From Macrostomum hystrix (lineage: Eukaryota > Animalia > Platyhelminthes): a DNA stretch of 64,000 nucleotides. The translations under genes were made by a program, and so were the position numbers. Location of the stretch: positions 285,452-349,451 of the forward strand of contig CATNEN010000040.1 in assembly GCA_950097015.1 (NCBI GenBank), written 5' to 3'. The notes below the pieces were generated by a model. The model was not told where the DNA came from. It did no database searches and worked only from the letters and a program-made list of their open reading frames with translations. Each line of letters starts with the position of its first letter. Positions within the stretch are counted from its first letter, which is position 1. Shown in pieces: positions 1-9,744 of this stretch.

Positions 1-23
1 AAGGTACGAGAATGTGAACTGAC

Positions 24-652
24 CTGTAATCTAGCCAGTGCTGTGACGGCCACACTCCGCCTGTGATCGAGCACGTCATGAATTCGCAGCCTTGGTTCGT
101 ACAGTCCACTTACCGGCCAGCCGCGCCTATTCAGAAATAGGAACTCGCAGCCAGCCAGAAGGGGCAGGAAGATGCTGGCCCGTTTGCGCAGTTGTTCCAG
201 TGTTTCCCTGGGCGACGCGTCAATAAAGCCGACGGCCAGCTCTTCGCCAGTGCTGGTCGAAGTCAATACAATGCCTATCTCCAGGCTGTCACATGCTGGA
301 GTAAATTTGTATTTTTTGCAAGTAAAAAATGCTGAATTGAGTCTAAATGAAAATCCCTACCGATATTGTCGCCGTCTCCGATGATAAATACAGAATTAGT
401 GCTGCGCAGCACGCAGTTAAAGGCCAGACAGTTCTCCAAATCGAGTGGGACCAGTTCGCCTGAAAGGGATCGAAACCGGTGCTCGGGAAGAAAGTATTTT
501 GCTTTGGTGAGCAGGAAGCTGCGCAGCTGAGCCAGAGTCTTCACTGAAGCCGGATGCAGCAATAGTAATTCGCTTTGCAATATGCACGGCCCGTCGCCTG
601 CGAAATACTTTAAGCTGACCGCAGACATAGCGGACATGGCACCGTGTTTCAT
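24..652 (-). CDS. Uncharacterised protein, 5' part (exons 361-652 and 24-295; continues off the left edge)
   Basis: ATG at 652. A 65-nt GT-AG intron (296-360, phase 1) joins ORF 275-652 to an open frame ...IACDSLEIGIVLTSTSTGEELAVGFIDASPRETLEQLRKRASIFLPLLAGCEFLFLNRRGWPV..., ending at donor CAG|gtcagt (23). Two similar units (TLAQLRSFL...FRSLSG / TLEQLRKRA...FLNRRG) loosely recall the SPATA1 N-terminal domain; the family call is weak. Confidence 0.6.
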
Positions 653-2151
653 GGCTACTTCGCGGTCCTTCGGTTTGTGCCGCTTTTGCGTGCTTGGCCA
701 GTGCTCATTGCCACTTCATAGACTGTCCCCTTAAAATTAGGAGGGGTGGGGTGGTGGGTGGCCTGAGGAGAGGGAGGCCCAAGACTGCTAAATCAAATGT
801 TCTATTTTAAACATCAACCCTCATACGATCGATAGCGAATGACCAATTAGTGGAGGTTGGGGTGGCGGTCCGTGTACACTGGGTGAAAAGGGCGGAAAAG
901 TGACCGTAGGGAAAGACAGACTGATTGTGCACGAGAGAAATCTTTTGGCGCAGGGGACCTGTTTTAAGTTTTAACTTTTAGAAAGCACGAGACACCGGGC
1001 TGATGCCCATGGTCTGTATATATAAACGAACGTGAAGTAGATTTATGATTGTAAATTTGCTGCTGCTAAGACATTTTTGCGATGTAGACTTCCTAAATCC
1101 TAACTTTGTTTCTAGTCTTAATCGTCGTAAAGTTAAACCAAAGAAGCGCCAATTTTACGTGTAACATGAAAGGGTGTTATAAATACAAATTGTATAAAGA
1201 ATAAATATTATTCGTTCTTACTTAGCTCGTATTTTGCAATTGGGTTTGTTTGTACTCGGAAATCGAATCGCATCAAATACTCGTACTAACTTTTTTCAAC
1301 TTATAAAAACTGCAATTTGACAAACTATCAATAAACAAACCCGTTTAAGATGACAATTGACAGACAACACAAACGAAGCGTTGTTCAGTCAAATGCGCTT
1401 TGATAAAAGAAAAAAATTCTAAAAGCGTCAGTGATTCCATTTTCTCCTTTAATACAAAATAAACAACTTTAGGTGAATGTGTCTTCCATTGTTTTTTTCG
1501 CTTTAGTCTAGCCTACAGATTGAACTATTCAACTAGTATTGTATAATTATATAAAGTGAAGATCGGAGAAAAAAATCGGACGAACACTCGAACAGGCGGT
1601 TGTCTGTTTTTTAAACAGCGTAAGCGGCAACGTGATGCCTTAGCCATAGGCCCATAGCCTTAGCTGTTTATTTTTCTGGCGTCAATTTACATAGATGCGT
1701 ACTGACAGTAGGTTGGTGCAAAATGGAATAGAAAAATATAATTGTAAAAACGATCTATCATCAGTAATCGTAAAAGAAAAGGTAAAAGAGGATTAACAAA
1801 TCTCAAAACTGAAACATGTCAATCAATCGACTCCTCTACTCCGAATAAAATGGATAATATTGCAACGGATGCACAACGAAATTATATTAAAAAATCCACA
1901 GTGAAAAATACTATGTGCATTCCCTCGTCCATAAAAAGTATAAATCATAATTGTATATAAATGATAAATTGCTCATACATGCCAGTTTAGAATCTAAGAA
2001 AATGCAGCCCTATAAATCCTATGCATATGGAATCTTAGAAGCTCATCTATTAGCTGCAAGCGTATGTACATTTAAAAGCATGCAAAATACTGCCACTCAT
2101 TTTCTTTGTTTTAAGCCACAGTTTTCTTGCAATACTACGTATTAGTAGTAA

Positions 2152-3815
2152 CTAGCGATTATAATCAATGCCGAGCAGGTGCAGATCCTGGATTGACCTT
2201 CGTGCAACTCGGTGCAGGGCTTCGGCCACCGCATAGTCCCTCAGGTAGCGCCACTCTCTGTGTGACTGCGGCAGCTGATCTAGAGCTGTCAGCGAATGGC
2301 CGTAGATCTCCCTGATGCGCTTCAGACTGCCAGCTGACAGGTAGCGGCTGGACAGGTGAAGCAGCAGGTGCGCGTAGCACAATGCGGACAACAGCTCCGA
2401 CTTGATGTCTGCCAATATGCGCCTCAGACTGAAAGCGAAACAGTTTCTTTTGAAATGAATATTTTCGGTTTCGGGGTGATATGGAACAGGATATTGGATG
2501 AAAATGAGCGGAATTTCGGGTGATGAAATAGTGAGATTTTTAAGTGGAGAAGAAGTGGGCATATTGGGCGGAAGATAATGGGGACATTGCGTGGAAGTTT
2601 ATGGGATATTGGGCGGAAGATTATGGGATATTGGGTAGGAGATAATGGGAATATTGGGCAGAAGATTATGGGATATTGGGCGGAAGATTATGGGGATATT
2701 GGGCGGAAGATTATGGGGATATTGGGCGGAAGATTATGGGGATATTGTGCAGAAGACAATGGGATATTAGGCGGAAGAAAATTGGATACATGGTGGAAAG
2801 GAAAAGAAGTAATGAGTTGAGAAAACAAATTATGAGCAATTAAATAGTGTACGAGCACATGATTGGTATGGCACGGGAAGGAATTTGCGCTCACTGGGAG
2901 GTGGCTGATCCCTGCCGCTCGTTCTCCTCCAGTTCCTCAGCAACCAAGCAGGCCACGGCCAGTCTGTTGAACAGCTGCACGAATCGGTCATTGCTGTTCG
3001 CCATTGCAATTGTGAGCTCAAACGACGTCGTAGCGGCTGGCAGGGTCTTGCTCCTCAGCCGGCTGGTGAACACACGGTCCTGGTAGCTGGTCATCCAGAG
3101 CATCGCTTGAGTCAGGTGCTTCTTGACTAGGCCAATGCCTCTGGCTAGCGAGCCTGCATGTTAGGGTAGGTGACCATTGTGCCGCTTGTTTGAGCTTAGA
3201 ATTCGGTGGGAGAGGAGAGAACAAGAGGAATGACAAATGCCACCCTACCAGGAATCCCGACATGCCGACATCTCACCTTGCGGGGAATCCCGACACGCCG
3301 ACATCTCACCTATTGGGAACCCAGACACGCCGACATCTCACCTATTGGGAACCCAGACACGCCGACATCTCACCTATTGGGAACCCAGACACGCCGACAT
3401 CTCACCTATTGGGAACCCAGACACGCCGACATCTCACCTATTGGGAACCCAGACACGCCGACATCTCACCTATTGGGAACCCAGACACGCCGACATCTCA
3501 CCTATTGGGAACCCAGACACGCCGACATCTCACCTATTGGGAACCCAGACACGCCGACATCTCACCTATTGGGAACCCAGACACGCCGACATCTCACCTA
3601 TTGGGAACCCAGACACGCCGACATCTCACCTACCTACCTTTCGGGAGAATCCCGAAACGCCGAAATATGATTTTGAGCCGCGTACCTGATTGCTGAGCAT
3701 CAGTCAGGTGGACTTGGAAGCAGACATTCACAACAGACACAGGACGGCCAAGCACCGGGTAGCACAGGGCTAACAACAGAACAGGCGCCAGGATTGTTGA
3801 CACTCGGGTTGCCAT
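2152..3815 (-). CDS. Secreted helical protein A (221 aa), putative long-chain four-helix-bundle cytokine-like; exons 3686-3815, 2895-3153, 2152-2428
   Basis: Signal-peptide-like N-terminus (MATRVSTILAPVLLLALCYPVLG). Two GT-AG introns with matching phases (1, then 2) give a stop-free 666-nt CDS. Four amphipathic helical segments are separated by long-short-long linkers. Paralogous to the gene at 4767-5776. Confidence 0.8.
2575..2780. repeat. Intronic minisatellite, ~22-23-bp unit (gggatattgggcggaagattatg)
   Basis: Tandem copies visible in intron 2 of protein A. Confidence 0.9.
3255..3632. repeat. Intronic minisatellite, 32-bp unit (tgggaacccagacacgccgacatctcacctat)
   Basis: About 10 near-perfect tandem copies in intron 1 of protein A; explains the spurious + strand ORFs at 3190-3696. 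Confidence 0.95.
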
Positions 3816-4512
3816 GACAATTCTCGGGAAAACAAATCAAATATTTCGATATAGGAGCACAGCTGAAGTCCAGAGCGCGGATGCAGTTTTTATCGTGTTG
3901 CAGTCTCACTGAGTCCCGTGATAGATTTGGAAATTCCATGATAACACCGACCGCAGGAAACAGGAACTGGCACAGAAGAAAGTAAGAGTGCTTTGGAAAT
4001 CCCAAGGATATTGTTGAAGTTGGTTTAAAATAGGCAACAACTTTCTGTGCAAAAAATAATTGAAATGCCGCACAGGAAAGCTTTGTGCGCCGAAACGAAT
4101 TTCTCATTCCCGCCTGCTCTGCGCGCGCACAAGTCCTGGATAGAAAGGTGAATGAACTTTTCTGCTCCGATGTTTCCAAGAAATAGTTGCCTTTCTAGCT
4201 CGCATGCGAGTGCGCGCGTGGGCGGGCGCATGAGCGAACAGGCGGCCTAAAAATAGACCAAATTCATTGGCTTTGCTTGAGTTCCTATTTTACGCTGCAG
4301 AATGAACGAAAATGAAAATGAATGAAAGAATGTGTATTTCAAATCACAAGTACATGTGCAGGCAAAATTATGCATTAATACTCGTACATATATAAATATA
4401 AATCATTAATTAATTAGGCGCCTTATCAATGCTTTACATTTCATTAATGCCTCATTTAGACCTTATAGCATTACTGTAATATGAATCATGTAAACTGATC
4501 TGTGTGTAAAAT

Positions 4513-4660
4513 TGAACACACACTGAAGGATGGGGAATGGCTGAACACACACTGAAGGATGGGGAATGGCTGAACACACACTGAAGGATGGGGAATGGCT
4601 GAGCACACACTGAAGGATGGGGAATGGCTGAACACACACTGAAGGATGGGGAATGGCTGA
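4513..4660. repeat. Minisatellite, 29-bp unit (aacacacactgaaggatggggaatggctg)
   Basis: About 5 copies; related to the array at 6560-7085. Confidence 0.9.
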
Positions 4661-4766
4661 ATAACCGAATACGAAATGATGCTCTGAAGTTGCAATCACA
4701 GTTTTACAAGTTAAATTATATGGAAAATGCACACTGATCACAGCTTGTGGACTATTGTGAGTGAGT

Positions 4767-5776
4767 TCAGTTGTCTCTGTGCAGTCTTAAGTCTGCGGCA
4801 ATGTTCGCGGCCAACTGTTGAGCGGCCTTCAGCAGGCTCTCGAGCACAGCGAATGCTCGCACGAATCCGAGCTCTCGCTCGCTGTGTGGCACCGGCGACG
4901 GCAGGTCTGGCAGCGGGTTGGCCGATGCAGGCGACCCAGCCCTGTCCACGCCAAGCCAGTAGCGGATGTACTCCAGAGCTGTGTACAGCTCCTTCCGGAT
5001 AAGCTCAAGCTCGTTTTTCCAGCTGTATGAAAAAGGCAAAGTAATGTTTTGTTAAATCTCACAGAGATCTCGGTAGAATCTCACTGGAATCTCACTGGAT
5101 CACTGGAATCTCACTAGAATCTCACTAGAATCTCACTAGAATCTCACTAGAATCTCACTAGAATCTCACTAGAATCTCACTGGAATCACACTCGAATCTC
5201 ACTGGAATCTCACTAGAATCTCACTAGAATCACACTGGAATCGCACTAGAATCTCACTGGAATCGCACTAGAATCTCACTAGAATCTCATTAGAATCTTA
5301 CTGGAATCACACTCGAATCTCACTGGAATCTCACTAGAATCTCAACTAGAATCACACTGGAATCGCACTAGAATCTCACTGGAATCGCACTAGAATCTCA
5401 CTAGAATCTCATTAGAATCTCACTAGAATATGAGAACTCACCTGGCGTCGTGCTCCTGACTTTCCATCTTGGGCAGCAGCTGAAGCAACCGGTCCAGATC
5501 CTCTGCGGCGCTGTCGCCGTTTCTCAGCGATTCCGCTAGGTCTCTGAGAGCAGCTGGCATCTCCTTGTTCATCAGTCGTTGACTTTTCAGCCTGGCCAGG
5601 AAGGCTCGAGTTTTGTTGACTCCCGAATCCAGGTGCTTTCTCGCCAGACCCATGGCTCTCAGGGCCGTTGAGGACTGCCGCGCGGCCTGTGGAGCTGGGG
5701 CGGCCTGAACTCCAACTTGTCGGGGCTGAAAGAGAAGAAGCGGCAGCAGCAGCAGCAGCAGCAGCAGCGGTGGCAT
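4767..5776 (-). CDS. Secreted helical protein B (196 aa), paralog of A; exons 5442-5776 and 4767-5022
   Basis: Leu-rich signal peptide ([25 protein letters not shown]). Phase-2 intron AG|gtgagt...tacag|C gives ...HDAS-WKNELELIRKELYTALEY.... Shares GLxxKHL, IxxELxxALxY and helix-D-like motifs with protein A. TATAAAT on the minus strand at 5896-5902. Confidence 0.8.
5085..5430. repeat. Intronic minisatellite, ~10-bp unit (gaatctcact[a/g])
   Basis: Fills most of the single intron of protein B. Confidence 0.9.
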
Positions 5777-6559
5777 TGAAGCCAGTCGATGAAAACCTCT
5801 GTACCAGAGAAGCATTCTATATTCTTACAGCCTTTATTGTTTAGTTTAGAATCGGTTATTAGTTCTGTTTTAAAAGGGAAGGAGGAATCGCTGCAATTTA
5901 TAGCCCAGCTTGTCAGCGATGACAGCGGGACTCCCTCGCCAGGCATTGGAATTACCAACTTCTGCTTGGCGATAAGTCCGCAATGCGACATCGGAATTCC
6001 CGAGGCTCTCCGCAAATGTCAGGTGCAGTGCTCACTGCCTGCTCTAAAATATCACCTATTGAGCAGCACTGATATGACAGCTAAGTTGCTGAGTGAGATA
6101 AATAGCCTGGCGCGCAGTCGAAGGCTGAAAAAGAAAGCGAGAGTGGACTGGACTAATCGGAAATTCCTATTGGATTTTCTGGCCCAGGGCTAACGGACAT
6201 TGGTTAGGGGGAACCGCTGTGAGGCCGACAGTTCCTGGAAATTTGGCTCTCGCTTTTTCTTGTGATTTCTATTCAGATTCGAGTGCATTGCGTGAGAAAC
6301 TAAACTTCAATATAATTATTAGCGTAACAATGAAATTTTGTCAAGCGAAAAATATTAAGTTCCACTCGTTCGACAATATTATATACGATATACAATATTG
6401 TATTGAAACATTGAAACTAAATACGAGAATACATATTATTAATTCATTAAAATTCTGTTTTAAGTCAAAAATGAAAAAAAAACTTTACATTTCTTTTAGC
6501 TTGAAAAAAACTGAATTCAAAATTAGTTTTGTGATTCATTTTGTCACAATAATATGATC

Positions 6560-7085
6560 TGAGCTGAGCACACTGAAGGATGGGGGGATGGGAGCTGAGC
6601 ACACTGAAAGATGGGGGATGGGAGCTGCACACACTGAAGAATGGGGGATGGGAGCTGAGCACTCACTGAAAATGGGGGATGGGAGCTGAGCACTCACTGA
6701 AAATGGGGGATGGGAGCTGAGCACTCACTGAAAATGGGGGATGGGAGCTGAGCACTCACTAAAGGATGGGGGATGGGAGCTGAGCACTCACTGAAAATGG
6801 GGGATGGGAGCTGAGCACTCACTGAAAATGGGGGATGGGAGCTGAGCACTCACTAAAGGATGGGGGATGAGAGCTGAGCACAACACTGAAAAATGGGGGA
6901 TGGGAGCTGAGCACTCACTGAAGGATGGGGGATGAGAGCTGAGCACAACACTGAAAAATGGGGGGGTGGGAGCTGAGAACACTGAAGGATGGGGATGGGA
7001 GCTGAGCACTCACTGAAGGATGGGGGATGGAAGCTGAGCACACTGAAGGATGGGGATGGGAGCTGAGCACAATGAAGGATGGTGG
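6560..7085. repeat. Minisatellite, ~30-33-bp unit (gagctgagcactcactgaaaatgggggatgg)
   Basis: Tandem degenerate copies upstream of protein B. Confidence 0.9.
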
Positions 7086-7894
7086 GAAGTCTAAAAGCAC
7101 AGTAAACAGAAAGTATTTCGCTGAAGCCGAAGAAACTGCCACTCACTACCATTAGAAGATGTTAAATTTCGTATTGCAAAATATTTTAGGAAGTTTTTTA
7201 GGTAGCTTTCTTAGCTTTTCACACCAGCTTTGTGTTTTTTAAAGTCATCCGTCGGTTCTGCTTTGAAGTCTGCATAACGAAAGCTAGCGAGTTTTAGTCC
7301 AGTGGCGTGGCTGTATGTGTAAAATGAATTCATATACGAAGTAGGTCCATCTTCAATTCCAGAGAGGCTGTTCAAATCGATATTTCCCATTCAAATAATG
7401 TTAAGATTAAAATATATAACTTTAAGTACTTTAAGTTATACCAACTCATGCAGGTGAAGTGTGAAATCTCTGGTGTATAAGTGAAATTTCTATTTCAATT
7501 CAGATAAGCAATAATGCTCAGCGGCAGGCGATAAGACTCACTGGCAACTCACCTATTTGGTTGCTGTGTCCGTAACTGGGACAGAATGCATGCATAAAGA
7601 ATTATTCTTACAGTTAATTGATGGGACAACAAATAATCAGATCATACAGTATAAGCACAATAATTTCCTGCGAGAAGGGCTGTTTCACGATTGAGTGAAG
7701 AAGATTCAAGCAAAATTTTTCTTTTTTTGGATTCCCTTGACGTAAATGAGCTTTTTAATGTAGGAAGAGGCATTGGCCAATTAAACACAAGCAAAAGCGA
7801 ACAGTAAAAACTTTTGAACATAAAATAAACTGACTGACTGCACTAGCAGCATTGCTGGATGGCGGCAATTTGGCAAACCTTTCACTCATGCGGT

Positions 7895-8545
7895 TTATTA
7901 GATAGATTAGCAATCCATTCCAATCCCCCATCCATTGGATAGATTAGCAATCCATTCCAATCCCCCATCCATTGGATAGATTAGCAATCCATTCCAATCC
8001 CCCATCCATTGGATAGATTAGCAATCCATTCCAATCCCCCATCCATTGGATAGATTAGCAATCCATTCCAATCCCCCATCCATTGGATAGATTAGCAATC
8101 CATTCCAATCCCCCATCCATTGGATAGATTAGCAATCCATTCCAATCCCCCATCCATTGGATAGATTAGCAATCCATTCCAATCCCCCATCCATTGGATA
8201 GATTAGCAATCCATTCCAATCCCCCATCCATTGGATAGATTAGCAATCCATTCCAATCCCCCATCCATTGGATAGATTAGCAATCCATTCCAATCCCCCA
8301 TCCATTGGATAGATTAGCAATCCATTCCAATCCCCCATCCATTGGATAGATTAGCAATCCATTCCAACCCCCCATCCATTGGATAGATTAGCAATCCATT
8401 CCAACCCCCCATCCATTGGATAGATTAGCAATCCATTCCAATCCCCCATCCATTGGATAGATTAGCAATCCATTCCAATCCCCCATCCATTGGATAGATT
8501 AGAATACATTCTATTCCTTCAACCTATGGGATAGTTTAGCCACCT
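7895..8545. repeat. Minisatellite, 37-bp unit (ggatagattagcaatccattccaatcccccatccatt), inverted relative to 9745-11872
   Basis: About 16 copies; its reverse complement shares aatggattgctaatctatcc with the array on the other side of ALKBH4. Confidence 0.95.
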
Positions 8546-8628
8546 ACCGAGTCTATTTCCTTCGTTCTTCAAACTGGAGCATGGAAAAAGCAAGAAAAAT
8601 TATATGGAGAATATTCCGTCAATAAGTG

Positions 8629-9732
8629 TTAGTAGACGCCCTGCTTTAATTCCACGACGCTAATCCCGTCAAATTTAGACCCGGCCTGCACAAGGGTTCG
8701 TCCGACATCTGTGTCTAGCCAATCAGGTGCCAGCTCACGCAGGGTCGCAGCCAATCGGCGCCCAGTGACGTCATCAGGCATTACAGCGTGCAGCCAATCG
8801 TAGCGCGCCGGCCCGGATAGAATCAGAACACTGCGCGGCGGCATCGGAATGCGGATGTGAGCGGAGCCGGCTGATTGGCTGCCCGGACTGAGGGTCAGAT
8901 AGGTGGGGCTGCACAGGTTCAATGTGACAAGCCGTTCGCCCCACAACCAGGTGTCGTCAATGTGGGGATCAATGTGGGCGCCCATCTCGGCTCGGTAGTC
9001 CAAATTGCACAGCTCCACGGGGCGGAAGTCGGCCAGCCCGGGCAGGCGCAGCAGGCGGGGCAGAATGCCGGACCAGTAGGACGGCAGGCCAGTGAAACTA
9101 GCCGGGTTTACGCGGCGCTTCTTGAAGTTCACCTTCGGCCCGTAGTCCTGGCATGGTGCGGGCGTTTTAAGGGCGGGATAATCCCTCATCTGCTTGCCTT
9201 GACTCCACCTGAATCTCTCTCGACTCCCCCTGAATCTCTCTCGACTCCCCCTGAATGTCTCTCGACTCCACCTGAATCTCTCTCGACTCCCCCTGAATCT
9301 CTCTCGACTCCCTCTGAGTCTCTCTCGACCCCCCTGAGTCTCTCCCACCCACCAGAAAGCTACCTGCTTTCTCCGACCCGATTGAGACGGCGCCCAGGGC
9401 CGGCGATCGATTTCTGCCGCCAGTGCCGCCTCTTCCTCGGGACTGAGAAAATTCGGGAACACTCGAATGCCTTCGAGTCCCAGCACCTCGGCCTGACCCT
9501 CGCAGTGGCCGCTTTCGTGATCCGGCGTCGCCCGGATCGCCTGACAGTCGATGCAAAAGTGCAGAATTGGCAGCGCCTGGCGTGACTCAGTCTCACAGCT
9601 GGGCTGAGCAACCAGCGGCAGCTGTTTGGCAGCACAGCAGAGTCGGCAGGCGCGGATGCCCTTGCAGCCGCAGCCGATGCCGCAGCCGACGTCGACTGAT
9701 GAGGACGAGGAGACAGCTGGGCAGGCTGCCAT
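8629..9732 (-). CDS. ALKBH4: Alpha-ketoglutarate-dependent dioxygenase ALKBH4 (295 aa); exons 9364-9732 and 8629-9147
   Basis: CGCKGIRxCxxC N-terminal motif; SQSGRRKQ|DYGPKVNF; IDPHIDDTWLWGERLVTLNL; RYDWLHAV; RLAATLREL. Phase-0, 216-nt GT-AG intron. Confidence 0.93.
   Translation of the reverse strand: MAACPAVSSSSSVDVGCGIGCGCKGIRACRLCCAAKQLPLVAQPSCETESRQALPILHFCIDCQAIRATPDHESGHCEGQAEVLGLEGIRVFPNFLSPEEEAALAAEIDRRPWAPSQSGRRKQVAFWWVGETQGGRERLRGSRERFRGSRERFRWSRETFRGSRERFRGSRERFRWSQGKQMRDYPALKTPAPCQDYGPKVNFKKRRVNPASFTGLPSYWSGILPRLLRLPGLADFRPVELCNLDYRAEMGAHIDPHIDDTWLWGERLVTLNLCSPTYLTLSPGSQSAGSAHIRIPMPPRSVLILSGPARYDWLHAVMPDDVTGRRLAATLRELAPDWLDTDVGRTLVQAGSKFDGISVVELKQGVY
9195..9345. repeat. Intronic minisatellite, 21-bp unit (cccctgaatctctctcgactc)
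   Basis: About 6 copies inside the ALKBH4 intron. Confidence 0.85.
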
Positions 9733-9744
9733 GTGAGTTGAAGG

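Noticed and set aside
1940-2150. ATTTA pentamers in the 3' region of cytokine-like gene A (AU-rich elements)
   Set aside because: Expected at this density in AT-rich DNA; no overlapping nonamer clusters
3190-3696. Three overlapping repetitive + strand ORFs, and a CRISPR-like look to the 32-bp repeat
   Set aside because: Head-to-tail repeats with no unique spacers, in a eukaryotic intron; no cas genes
5789-6193. 134-aa + strand ORF upstream of cytokine-like gene B
   Set aside because: No recognisable motifs or splice support; overlaps the likely promoter of gene B
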